The translations under genes were made by a program, and so were the position numbers. Below the pieces are notes generated by a model. That model was not told the origin of the DNA. It saw only the letters and a program-made list of their open reading frames with translations, and did no database searches. From the NCBI GenBank assembly GCA_963775895.1, contig CAVZKL010000023.1, positions 1 to 64,000 on the forward strand: DNA of 64,000 bases, in the 5' to 3' direction. Numbering within the stretch: position 1 is the first letter of the stretch; every line of letters begins with the position of its first letter. Below are positions 30,143-40,049 of the stretch, piece after piece. The DNA comes from Candidatus Bathyarchaeota archaeon (lineage in GTDB: Archaea; Thermoproteota; Bathyarchaeia; Bathyarchaeales; Bathycorpusculaceae).

Positions 30143-30649
30143 ATGAAAGAATTGGATCACCGGAAAATCGTGGCATCAATTGGTGCGATCCTCTTCCTGC
30201 TCTCCGGCGTTTTGCCACTGATTTCAGACACTTTTTTCAGTCTCTTCAATCTGTATGCGTCAATCTGGCAGTTACAGCAAGGCCCTGGCCAAGTGACAAT
30301 AAATGTCGAAACGATTGGGATCCTGTTGACGATCATACTATATCCCGTCGCGGTCATCCTTGGCTTCGTTTCGATTGGCAAGAGAAGAATGGCTATGGTC
30401 GCAGGAATACTAGGTCTCACATGTTGGTTTGGAACGCTTACTTACCTCGCCTCGTTGGGTTTCGTTTCGTACGCCGGTTTCGGAGTCTATATGGGAATCG
30501 TTGGCGCGATTTTCATGGTGATAGCCTACTTCCTCAAACCGAGTTCAGCGCCAGAACACGACTTTGGTGACATCAGTGACTGCCTCGCCCCCTCCACCTC
30601 CTCAAGAGGACAAGGTACACAACCTCTCTTTTGGTTCTTTGACAGATAA
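30143..30649 (+). CDS. 4-TM membrane protein
   Basis: Four hydrophobic helices; tail likely frameshifted. Confidence 0.55.
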   Translation: MKELDHRKIVASIGAILFLLSGVLPLISDTFFSLFNLYASIWQLQQGPGQVTINVETIGILLTIILYPVAVILGFVSIGKRRMAMVAGILGLTCWFGTLTYLASLGFVSYAGFGVYMGIVGAIFMVIAYFLKPSSAPEHDFGDISDCLAPSTSSRGQGTQPLFWFFDR

Positions 30650-30850
30650 TGGTCTGGGCGCAACCACTTCGATTTTTGATGGAGGAGAATTCAGTTTGCA
30701 TTTGCAATACGGGCATTTCCCGCCAATTGTTGAGATGATGCCTTCAAGGTATGTTTCTTTCCTGTAAGTCCCGTCCTTCAAAACGGGGGTCGAATCTTTG
30801 TACAATATTGACCCACAACAGTGACAATGAAATATGAAAGTCATATTCAA
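30602..30850 (-). CDS. Small zinc-finger protein
   Basis: CHCCG and CPYC motifs. Confidence 0.5.
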   Translation of the reverse strand: MNMTFIFHCHCCGSILYKDSTPVLKDGTYRKETYLEGIISTIGGKCPYCKCKLNSPPSKIEVVAPRPLSVKEPKERLCTLSS

Positions 30851-30882
30851 CGTCCTCGAGTCTCGTCTCTTCTCGTGTATAT

Positions 30883-30899
30883 AGTATACCGTGTATACT
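30883..30899. promoter_or_regulatory. Palindromic operator candidate
   Basis: AGTATAC-cgt-GTATACT between divergent genes, abutting ttaataa. Confidence 0.45.
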
Positions 30900-30945
30900 T
30901 AATAAACCTGAGTCCACTCACAATACCAAAAACAAAATATGCACC

Positions 30946-31407
30946 GTGACTTCCATGTACCAATCGGTGGAAGATATGAAAACGCTAAAAATCTCGGATG
31001 ACATCCATCAAAAACTAACGGCAATGTTGGGTGAACTCATGACCCAAACCAGCAAGATGCAAACCTATCAAGACGCAATAAACGCGCTACTCAATGAATC
31101 AGTCTTACTTCCCCAGGAACTGCTCACCCAAACTCAGAACTTCATTGAAGAAAACAGACATTTGGGCTTTACAACAAAAGAAGAGTTTATTCGAGACGCA
31201 ATAAGATTCAGGCTAACCTGGTTCAAACAGGAATACGATTACATTGAGATGCCCAAAGAACAATATGAAGCACTTGGAGAGGCACTCGTTCAAATGAGCA
31301 CACCCTACCGAACCGTCGAGGACTTCGTCAACACGCACGCAAGAGAAGCCCTTCAAAAGTACGAAGAATGGAAAAAGGCAAATACTCGAAGAATAAGAAG
31401 AGAGTAA
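30946..31407 (+). CDS. Ribbon-helix-helix repeat DNA-binding protein
   Basis: KTLKISDDIHQKL, GFTTKEEFIRDAIR, YRTVEDFV repeats. Confidence 0.65.
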   Translation: MTSMYQSVEDMKTLKISDDIHQKLTAMLGELMTQTSKMQTYQDAINALLNESVLLPQELLTQTQNFIEENRHLGFTTKEEFIRDAIRFRLTWFKQEYDYIEMPKEQYEALGEALVQMSTPYRTVEDFVNTHAREALQKYEEWKKANTRRIRRE

Positions 31408-31415
31408 AAGAACCG

Positions 31416-31883
31416 CTACTTTGCTTTGCTGTTGACTCTCTCCGCATCGAGCTCCCTGACTCGTGTCTCTATGTAATCGGTGACGCGGTCTTGAGTGAAA
31501 CTGATCTCTTCATTCTGCTTCTTTAATTGATCCTTAATAACAAAAAGGACCTTGCCCATGTCGAAAGGTTTCAGCAAGTACGCATCGGCATTTTTGTTAA
31601 CAGCTTCTATCGCGTTGCGGACGGATGGATAGCCCGTTATGATTATCTTGCGCATCCTCGGAACGGTGTCCTTTATCCTCGTGAGAAGTTCAGTTCCATC
31701 CATGTCCAGAAGCCGAACGTCAATCAAAGCGAGGTTGTAGAATCCCGCGTTGGACTTCAAGATTGCTTCTTTTCCGCTTTCAGCGGTGTCAACCGCGTAG
31801 CCTTCATCTTCCAGTATCGCAGCCAGCGTTTTTCTTATTCCTTCGTCGTCGTCGACAACAAGGATTCGGGCGCGCTTACCCAA
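31416..31883 (-). CDS. Response regulator (receiver domain)
   Basis: ILVVDDD, LIDVRL, ITGY, KPF. Confidence 0.9.
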   Translation of the reverse strand: MGKRARILVVDDDEGIRKTLAAILEDEGYAVDTAESGKEAILKSNAGFYNLALIDVRLLDMDGTELLTRIKDTVPRMRKIIITGYPSVRNAIEAVNKNADAYLLKPFDMGKVLFVIKDQLKKQNEEISFTQDRVTDYIETRVRELDAERVNSKAK

Positions 31884-34852
31884 ATTCTGTCACCTCCTGC
31901 TTCCTTTCGTCTAATAGGAATGATTACTGTGAAAGTCGATCCTACCCCTGGACTGCTTTCAACCAAGATCTTTCCTCCGTGAGCATCCACGATGCGTTTT
32001 GAAATGGCTAAGCCAAAACCCATTCCCTTCGCTTTTGAAGTGAACAGAGGCGTGAAAATCTCCTGCATCGTTTCCTTCGACATACCTGTTCCCGTGTCTG
32101 TGAATGCAATCGCCAAGTTGTCTTTGCACTCACGACTCGTTATCGTGAGAGTTCCGCCTTTTGGCATAGCTTCCAGCGCGTTCTTAATAATATTGACAAA
32201 CGATCTTTTCAGCTTGTCCGCGTCGACCTTCATTTGTGGTTCATCAGTCGTCAGATTTTTCAGGCGAACTTTTTTGGGGATTTCGACCAAATACAGTGAT
32301 TCCTTAATCAACTCGTGCGGATTGATCTCAGTCAACTCCAACTTGATTTCTCTCGAGTAGTCGAGGAGATCATTGATTATTTTGTTGGAATACGCGATGT
32401 CTTTTTCTATTATCTCCAGCATCTCCTTGCTTTTGTGATTCAGCGAAGGTCCGAGCTTTGTCTTCAGATAATAGCTGGCTCCCGTTATTCCGGTCAGCGG
32501 GTTGCGCAGATCATGCCCGATCATCGCAGCCAACTGACCGATTGCGGCGAGTCTCTCAGATTTGAAAAGCTGTCGTTCCATTCGTTTGCGTTCAGTGATG
32601 TCCTTTGCGATAGACACCAAGCCTATGGGATGCCCTGAGGCATCTCTGACGACGCGCCCAGACAGCTCACCTGGAAATTCCCTGCCGTTCCTAGTTATGA
32701 ACCAGTATTCAACCGATTTCACGCTGCCGAACTCATACATCTCCCTCATATCTTGCCTAGCTCTGTGGCAGTCTTTCTCTGCAATCAAATCAAGGACGTT
32801 CTTACCGATCAATTCCTTTCTTGAATTATACTCGTGCATTTTAAATGCCTGCTCGTTGCACTCGATGATTTTTCCATTCAAATCAGTTGCAGTTATCGCG
32901 TCAGGGGAGGCCGCAAAAATGCTCTTCAATTTCTCCTCGCTCTTTCTTAGTTCCACCGTGCGTTCATCCACTTTCTCTTCCAGATGTTGGGCATACTCTC
33001 TGACTTGCTGGATCAACCTCGCGTTTTCTATGGCGACAGCAGCCTGATGAGCAAAAAGTTCGAAAGGAGCAAGCGAGTCCTTGGTCGGTCGCCTTCCGTC
33101 GTGTGGGTCATCCATACTCATTATGCCCACAACTTGTCCATCAGGTAACTTTAGCGGAATGTAGAGAAGATCGTCAGGATTCCAGTCAACAGTCTCCTGC
33201 AACTTAACTTTGCTCGAAAGAGCATACCTGAACTGTTTCTGAACTAATGGATCACTCCAAGGCAAGTAGTAGAATTCACCGAGACGATAGCGCTCGAACA
33301 TCGAACTCAAACGCTTGCGCCAAACGTCACCTGCTGCCTGATGCTCCTTCAGATACTTCTCTTCTTCAACATTCAGACCCGCCGAAACCACGTCTATGGC
33401 GTTTAGCTTTTCGTCCCTGAGAGTGATGACGACCCTGCCCCAACCTTGATCGTGCACCGCTTCAGCGATCGTTTTCAAACGCTCCCGCAGGTCGGTTGTG
33501 TGCAACATGACTGCAGAGCTTTTCATTAGGCCCTCAAGTTTCTTCGAGATAGCTCGGTAGTTTTCCTCGCCTTCCCGTAAGACTTTTTCCATTTGTTTTC
33601 GTTGGGTTATGTCGCGGATCATGATCAACGCGTGCAACTTGTCTCTGATGCGAAGTCTTGAAATTGAAAGTTCCACGGGGAACTCGACCCCATTCTTTTT
33701 GACGGCTGAGTATTCGACCACTCTTGCAGGAAGAGGATTTTGCTCCGTTTTCAAGAAGGTCTGAAACTGCGAATAGTTGGTACCAAAGCTTTTTGGAGAA
33801 AGAAGTGTGAAGGCTACTTCGCCCAGAACCTCCTCTTTTGAATAGCCGAATATTCTTTCAGCAGAGGGATTCCAGTACGAGATCCTGCCTCTCTCATCCA
33901 TCAACACTATCGCATCTGTTGCTGAAACGCTGATAGCACGAAATCTTTCCTCGCTGTCTTGCAGGCTTGACTCTGATAGTCTTCGCGCCTCCTCAACTCC
34001 AATGGCTGAGGCGAGCAACAATAGAAACTTTTTATCTCCTTCAGCTGGGTCAAAGTCTGTTTGATAGACGGCGCAAAGAGAACCCACGTGAATTTGCCCG
34101 TATCTCACGGGTGCTCCCATGTAAGTTTCCAGTTTGTAACGCCTGACATTAGGATCTGTTTTTGCGTACGGAGTGTCAGATAAGTTGCGTACCACTAGAA
34201 CTTCATTCTTCTTTTGTTTGATCACGTCGTTACAAATGTGTCCTTCAGGTTTGTCCACAACCTTATAGTCAGAAGGAGTATTCCATTTGCCGATGGAACA
34301 CAAAAGACCATGGTCCAAACGATCGTAGATAGCACATTTCGCCTCCAACAACATGCCGCACAATGCGACGAGTGAGTTGACGTTCTCTTTAGGGTCCGTT
34401 TTGAAGCTGAGAAGACATTCGTTTAATCTCTCAATTCGATCTTGCGCTTTCTTCTGTTCACTTATGTCACGTAAGATTATGGTGAAATAGTCTTTGCCCC
34501 GTACTCTTGAACACGAAAATGATGCTTCTGCGGGGAACTCTCGTCCATCCTTCCGTAGGCCTACCAATTCAGATTCCTTAACCAAGGATGAGGCTGGAGC
34601 ATGGCACCATTCCTCCATTCCACTGAGATGTTTTCCAACGAATCTCTCAGGGATCAGTAGCGTTATTGATTTGCCCATCACTTCCATGACGGAATATCCA
34701 AAGATGCTCTTGACCGCTTTGTTGGCAAACGTTATTGTCCCCTGATTATCAGTGGAGATCACAGCGTTTGGAGCGGAATCTGCGACCGAGCGCAGATAGC
34801 GTTCGTTTTCACGCAGAGTCTGGATGGCATCGTCTAGGTCGGGACAGGGCAT
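31835..34852 (-). CDS. PAS/GAF sensor histidine kinase
   Basis: PAS-GAF-PAS-GAF-PAS, GHDLRNPL H box, NALEA, DTGTG, FTSK, GMGFGL. Confidence 0.92.
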   Translation of the reverse strand: MPCPDLDDAIQTLRENERYLRSVADSAPNAVISTDNQGTITFANKAVKSIFGYSVMEVMGKSITLLIPERFVGKHLSGMEEWCHAPASSLVKESELVGLRKDGREFPAEASFSCSRVRGKDYFTIILRDISEQKKAQDRIERLNECLLSFKTDPKENVNSLVALCGMLLEAKCAIYDRLDHGLLCSIGKWNTPSDYKVVDKPEGHICNDVIKQKKNEVLVVRNLSDTPYAKTDPNVRRYKLETYMGAPVRYGQIHVGSLCAVYQTDFDPAEGDKKFLLLLASAIGVEEARRLSESSLQDSEERFRAISVSATDAIVLMDERGRISYWNPSAERIFGYSKEEVLGEVAFTLLSPKSFGTNYSQFQTFLKTEQNPLPARVVEYSAVKKNGVEFPVELSISRLRIRDKLHALIMIRDITQRKQMEKVLREGEENYRAISKKLEGLMKSSAVMLHTTDLRERLKTIAEAVHDQGWGRVVITLRDEKLNAIDVVSAGLNVEEEKYLKEHQAAGDVWRKRLSSMFERYRLGEFYYLPWSDPLVQKQFRYALSSKVKLQETVDWNPDDLLYIPLKLPDGQVVGIMSMDDPHDGRRPTKDSLAPFELFAHQAAVAIENARLIQQVREYAQHLEEKVDERTVELRKSEEKLKSIFAASPDAITATDLNGKIIECNEQAFKMHEYNSRKELIGKNVLDLIAEKDCHRARQDMREMYEFGSVKSVEYWFITRNGREFPGELSGRVVRDASGHPIGLVSIAKDITERKRMERQLFKSERLAAIGQLAAMIGHDLRNPLTGITGASYYLKTKLGPSLNHKSKEMLEIIEKDIAYSNKIINDLLDYSREIKLELTEINPHELIKESLYLVEIPKKVRLKNLTTDEPQMKVDADKLKRSFVNIIKNALEAMPKGGTLTITSRECKDNLAIAFTDTGTGMSKETMQEIFTPLFTSKAKGMGFGLAISKRIVDAHGGKILVESSPGVGSTFTVIIPIRRKEAGGDRIWVSAPESLLSTTTKE

Positions 34853-34982
34853 CGCAGCATCATCTGTATAGTCTTTAACAGAAAGCTGTCCATGCTAGCT
34901 CCATTTAACGTGTGTGAAGTTTAACTCTGAATTACTGCTCAACGCTGTGGTTAGGACGAACTTACGTGTGCACGCACGACGT

Positions 34983-35222
34983 CTATTGAATCATACTAGT
35001 GTTGGAAGCGATCCCATGTATCTTTTCGGTCACGAAACCCAGACTCTTGGCGTACTCCAAGAATGCAGTACGCAAAGCCTCACTTTCAGCCATACCCAGG
35101 CTGATGCACATATGCTGAAGAACTCTCTTTTGTTGAGGCGGCAAGTACACTTTAACGACTTTTCTAGCCATGACACAATCTCCTTCCAAGCCAGTTACGT
35201 GACCCAAATATCGATCATGCAT
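34983..35222 (-). CDS. Small RHH-like protein
   Basis: VVKVYL..QKRVL...LGMAESEALRTAF. Confidence 0.45.
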   Translation of the reverse strand: MHDRYLGHVTGLEGDCVMARKVVKVYLPPQQKRVLQHMCISLGMAESEALRTAFLEYAKSLGFVTEKIHGIASNTSMIQ

Positions 35223-35287
35223 CCTAAAAGAATTGCCAACGTGAACGTCTCAATCGTTACTTAATCAGCCCAAGATGCTTCGAGGAG

Positions 35288-36041
35288 TTGAGACAAAGAG
35301 ATGACAAAATCAAGGCCCTCCTGTCTGGAACGACACAGGCTCCACTGTCGAGATCTCATACCATAGGCTTAATAACTCAAGAAGAAACCTTCCTGAAAAG
35401 GAGAAAAAGACCACGTTTCGCAGTCGGCCACTTAGCGCTCGGGTACCTACTTGGCAAGGGATCAGCAAGATTGACTAAAACGAGCCTTAACGTACCTCTC
35501 GCATTGACGCTTGCGGTTATTCCAGACATCGATATACTTGCTGAACGAGTTAACGGGCTCGCTTCGCTGATCCCACACAGGGGGCCAACCCACTCAGTTC
35601 ATAGCGGCGCTGATCGTGTTCATACCACTGTTCGCAATCTATCGAAGAAGTGCCTTCCCCTACTTTGTGGCCCTTATCTCGCATGCTCTGATTGGCGACT
35701 ATCTTGCTGGAGGGCAGCTTCAGCTTCTCTGGCCGATATCTCAACAAAGGTTCGGCGTGATGACCAGCATTCAAAGCATACAAAACATGAGTCTCGAGTT
35801 GGTCTTGTTCGTTGCGTTCTTAGGATTTCTATTGGCTACAAGAGACGTATACACGTTGTTACAGCCTCACAAGTCCAACCTGATCCTGGCTATTCCGACG
35901 TTCACAGTCTTGCTTCCGACGTTCCTCAGTTACCCTCTTGACGTGCCCATCTTGATGATCCCTCCTCACATAATCTACACCGTCATTTTCGCTGCTGCAA
36001 TCACGATTGAACTGCTAGCACTTCTTAGACTTAGGAAATGA
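35288..36041 (+). CDS. YdjM-like membrane metal-dependent hydrolase (frameshifted, start uncertain)
   Basis: GHLALG, PDID, HRGPTHS, SHALIGD motifs across two frames. Confidence 0.75.
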
Positions 36042-36074
36042 AAAGAAGGCAAGTTCGACGGGAGCAACAGGTGA

Positions 36075-37223
36075 TCATGTCGGCGGGGCAGGTCTCGTTC
36101 CCAACACGAGCGTCAGGTCCATCGGAGCGTTGTTCCTAATGATGTTTACAGTCACACTCTGTCCTGGCAACGTTTTCTCTTCCAGGTAACTCGACATTTC
36201 GTCTCCGTTGATTACACGATAATTGTTGATGCCGACTATGATGTCGTTCACCTTCATACCTGCTTTGTCTGCCGGTCCTCCTAAGACTATCTCCGAAATC
36301 GCCCACCCGTATGTCACGTTCGCACCCATGTCTTGGGCTTGGAATATAATCCATATCCACGCCTTTTACACCCAAGTAGGAGTGTCCGCTATAGGAACCA
36401 GAGCAACCAGAGCAGCTATTTCTCTCAGTATCGTGTTGCCTGGAATAGCAAATCCTAGTCCCTGGGAATTCGCAATTATCGCGGCGGTTATGCCAACCAC
36501 CTTGCCATCGAAGTTCAGCAGCGGTCCCCCAGAATTGCCTGGATTTATCGGGGCGCTAGTCTGTATTATGTTGGCTATCGCGAAACCTCCAGTGTACTGG
36601 TCTTCAGAAATACTCCTGCCGAGCGCACTCACCACGCCTGTGGTCATCGAACCAACAAGTCCATAAGGAGCTCCGATGGCAATAACTGGGTCCCCGACCT
36701 TCAGCGTGGAAGAGTTAACAACGATCAGCGGTTTGAATTCGCTCTGAGCAGCACCAACGACTGTGACAACTGCCAAGTCAGAGTAGGGGTCTGTTCCGTT
36801 TACCACAGCTGAGTATCCATTACCATCGGCAAACGTCACGCTTAGACTCACCGTTCCACTAACGACGTGGTTATTTGTTACAATCACCATCGAATTGGTC
36901 AAGTTGTAAACGAAGCCTGACCCCTGAATGAAACTCCCATTGCTTAATTGCCCACTGATAATGACCACCGAATCCTTCGTGTTATTGTACATCTCAGCCA
37001 AGGAAGTTTCATTCTGAAAAACCGTGATTGTCTGATTATAAATGGTCTGGTTGCCCGAGACTTGCGACAACTCGCTCGAAAGGTTTGCAATTTCGCTCTG
37101 TAAATCGTTTATTCTGCGGGTGAAAACATACGCCGTGACTAATCCACCAATCAACAGTCCGGCGACGAGCACTAGCGCAAAGACTGCCGTAGAGATTCCG
37201 GTACGATTTTCAACCATGTCCAA
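36075..37223 (-). CDS. HtrA/DegP-like serine protease with PDZ domain (frameshifted near 36370)
   Basis: GSGF, TNNHVV, DLAV, INPGNSGGPL; PDZ GPADKAG in the next frame. Confidence 0.88.
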
Positions 37224-37305
37224 TCGCCTTCTCTAGACACAGCTAAATGAGGCTTCTTAAGAGTTTCGCAACAAGAGGCGGATGTCGATCGTGTCTGGGA
37301 AGAAC

Positions 37306-38304
37306 CTATTTTCTCCTGTCTGTGACATCGAACGCATCGGGTCCGGTTCCTATGAGATTGACCCTAATGCCTGTTTCTTTTTCCACTTTGACTACGAACT
37401 GCTTCGCTTCTTCGGGAAACTCTTCGAAGGTTCTTGCACCTTTGACTTCTGGAAAGATCGCGTCAAGCTTGGTCAAAGCTATTTGCGTTGCTCCGTTTAT
37501 CATGACAGATCTTTTTGCAAGCTCGAAACTGAAAGGTGCTGCACGTCTGTCTCTGCCTGTTCCTGAGGCCGTTTCGAACCATCCTCGCTTCATCGCTTCT
37601 TCCTTTGATATTTCGCCAGGCAAAGGTCCTGCTCCTACCCGCGTCATGAACGATTTCAACACTAACAATACGTCATCGACGCTTGTCGGGCCAACGCCTA
37701 CCTCAGAACAAACCGCTGACGCGCTGGTGTCTCTTCCAGTGACGTATGGGTACGTTCCATGGAAGAGTGAAAGAAAGATCCCCTGCGTACCCTCTAAAAG
37801 CACCGTTTTCTTCATTCTGATTCCTTCGTTGACTTCTGCCGAGACGTCTGCGAGATATGGCTTCAGTTCGGGAACATCTCGTGCCAACCGTGCGGTTCGT
37901 CGCACTCTCTCTTCGATTGCAGGTCCTACCCCCCAGCCAGTTGTACCTATGCCCTTCAGGTGTGCATTCGTTTTGTCTTGAGTAGAATGTTTCTCTTCAA
38001 TGATCGAAGCCTGATTGTCGACGCCGATACGCTTCTTCACGTTCGTTTCTTCAACTTCTTTCAGAAATTGACTCACGTGAACATTCGCACCTGACGCTAT
38101 CCGCAAGCGACAGTCTTCATTAACGAAACCGCCTGGAACCATGTGCAAGGCGTAACGTCTTCCTTGGTGCCAGATGGTGTGCGCCGCGTTCACAGAACCT
38201 GTCCTGACGCAGAAATCTACCTTGTCCTTGAGTGCCAAATAAGAAATGATTTTCCCTTTGCCTTCATCTCCCCAGAAACCGCCAACTATGACTGTGCAAG
38301 GCAT
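37306..38304 (-). CDS. purA: Adenylosuccinate synthetase (short archaeal form)
   Basis: WGDEGKGK, EGTQG, GTYPYVT, TRVGAGP, TKLD. Confidence 0.95.
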   Translation of the reverse strand: MPCTVIVGGFWGDEGKGKIISYLALKDKVDFCVRTGSVNAAHTIWHQGRRYALHMVPGGFVNEDCRLRIASGANVHVSQFLKEVEETNVKKRIGVDNQASIIEEKHSTQDKTNAHLKGIGTTGWGVGPAIEERVRRTARLARDVPELKPYLADVSAEVNEGIRMKKTVLLEGTQGIFLSLFHGTYPYVTGRDTSASAVCSEVGVGPTSVDDVLLVLKSFMTRVGAGPLPGEISKEEAMKRGWFETASGTGRDRRAAPFSFELAKRSVMINGATQIALTKLDAIFPEVKGARTFEEFPEEAKQFVVKVEKETGIRVNLIGTGPDAFDVTDRRK

Positions 38305-38372
38305 TTTTTCACCAAACTGGTAATTTCTGGCTCTTTATATAAGTCTGTTTGACTGGTTCATGTCAAGAAAAA

Positions 38373-38786
38373 TCAACGCACGCGCTTCGTTTCCGCTCGT
38401 GCCTTGGCTTCCGTATCTATCCTTCTAAGAAGTTCAACGACATTCAAACCCTTTTTCCGCAGCTCCCCTCTTGAGACGGTTCGCCCCATCGGACACAACT
38501 CATCTACAAGAACCACGTTCTCGTCACTGCACACTACAGGATATACTCGACAGCCAAGAGGTCTGATAGAGTAAGCCCTGCATCGATGTTTTGTGACATC
38601 ATAGAAGAAGCAATATCCTCTGTGATTTCGTAAAAACACGTACCCGTGCTTGTCGCCCCTTGCAAATTCGTTTCTCGTCGTGACCTGCTTGTCTGAGAAG
38701 TCGTATGTCTTCGTTAGAAAGAAGCATTTCAGTTTCTTTGCAACAGATACCGCAGTGGGAGCAACGCATGGACTGTTGTAAATCAT
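38373..38786 (-). CDS. YkgJ-family cysteine-cluster protein (5' end frameshifted)
   Basis: YCFFYD...CRAYSIRPLGCRVYP. Confidence 0.75.
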   Translation of the reverse strand: MIYNSPCVAPTAVSVAKKLKCFFLTKTYDFSDKQVTTRNEFARGDKHGYVFLRNHRGYCFFYDVTKHRCRAYSIRPLGCRVYPVVCSDENVVLVDELCPMGRTVSRGELRKKGLNVVELLRRIDTEAKARAETKRVR

Positions 38787-38823
38787 TCCTTTTCTAATCT
38801 GCTTTTCTCTAGTCTACTGTGTT

Positions 38824-39060
38824 TTAGCCACTCAGTATGAAGTTCAGATTCAGAAGCTCGGCCCAAGCGACACTCTTGAGCGGCACCCTCAAGGTGGCTC
38901 TGTTGCCGTAAGGAACGCATGTGATGAATTTCTCTCTTCTGAAATCGTCTCTCATAATCTCTGATACTAACACGTTGACTATTACTGAACCATCTTTCAA
39001 GTGCAGATTGACATTTCTTTTGAGGAAAGATCGTGCCGTGTTCACGCCGAAACCTTCCAT
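38824..39060 (-). CDS. Small hypothetical protein (Sm/LSm-like pattern)
   Basis: NVNLHLKDGSVIVNV. Confidence 0.5.
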   Translation of the reverse strand: MEGFGVNTARSFLKRNVNLHLKDGSVIVNVLVSEIMRDDFRREKFITCVPYGNRATLRVPLKSVAWAELLNLNFILSG

Positions 39061-39063
39061 TTC

Positions 39064-39216
39064 TTACCACTCCAAGTCGCGATCTGCCATGTTAGTCCAG
39101 CACTGCCTGCAGATCGGGAGTTTCTCTCCGCGGAAATAAATGTACAGTTCGATGTCGTGGTTCTTGCACTCTCCATTCCAGGGATTCTTGCAATGTTCAA
39201 CGCTTTGAACTTCCAT
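39064..39216 (-). CDS. 50-aa Cys-rich protein (below ORF-track cut-off)
   Basis: MEVQSVEHCKNPWNGECKNHDIELYIYFRGEKLPICRQCWTNMADRDLEW; GGTG upstream, coupled to next gene. Confidence 0.6.
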   Translation of the reverse strand: MEVQSVEHCKNPWNGECKNHDIELYIYFRGEKLPICRQCWTNMADRDLEW

Positions 39217-39365
39217 TTTGAAACACCGCAATCCCTTCACTTTGCTCTATTTCCTTTTAAGACTCACTGAAAAGCAACACATGCCTGAGGAGGGAGAGGT
39301 GAGTTAAAATGAATGCCTCAAAATCGCAAAGTCTCCTGCAACAGCGCCTTACATCCGTAGCTTTT

Positions 39366-39908
39366 TCAGATCTGAATTATTTCAGGCACGATTCTTTCCT
39401 TCGATATCCTGAGCAAGCCCACGCTCGGTTTGACTATGAATGGAGGGTTTGGATTCGTGGGGCTTCCAGGGTTCACGAATAGAAGATCTCTCTCCCATTT
39501 TATGCTAGAGCTGTGAGTGTGTCCGAAGACCAGAACGTCAAAACCATTAGTCTTGGCTATTTCGCGCAACCTGCCACTTCCGAAGCGGGCACCAGGATAA
39601 TGCGTGACTCCAATTTTCCAATCGAAAACCCTGAAAGAACTGATTTTCGGCAGCTTTCCGCGAACTTCAGGACCATCCATGTTTCCGTACACAACTAGAA
39701 CGGGCGCAAGCTGTTCGAGTTCATCAACCACGGACAATGCGACCAAGTCACCCGCGTGCACAATGTAGTCAACGTTTTCGAAGACCTTGAAAACCTCTCG
39801 CGGAATCTCCTTGGCGCGCACAGGTATGTGAGTGTCTGAGATCAGACCGACGACTTTGCCTGAACTTTCCTGCAATTTCGGTAGAATTTGGTCTTGCTGG
39901 CTAACCAC
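39366..39908 (-). CDS. YfcE/MJ0936/Vps29-family metallophosphoesterase
   Basis: SDTH, HAGD, GNMD, FGHTH, NPGS. Confidence 0.9.
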   Translation of the reverse strand: MVSQQDQILPKLQESSGKVVGLISDTHIPVRAKEIPREVFKVFENVDYIVHAGDLVALSVVDELEQLAPVLVVYGNMDGPEVRGKLPKISSFRVFDWKIGVTHYPGARFGSGRLREIAKTNGFDVLVFGHTHSSSIKWERDLLFVNPGSPTNPNPPFIVKPSVGLLRISKERIVPEIIQI

Positions 39909-40049
39909 CTATACTGCCTCACGTTAGTCTCTGACAGTTTTCGAAGAGTTCTGTTTCTGAATATGCATCAAGGATTAGATATTAAAGCTTAAGCTCACGA
40001 TCTGGTAGTGCTAAACTATTAAGTCTGTGTACAGTCATCCATAAGGAAG

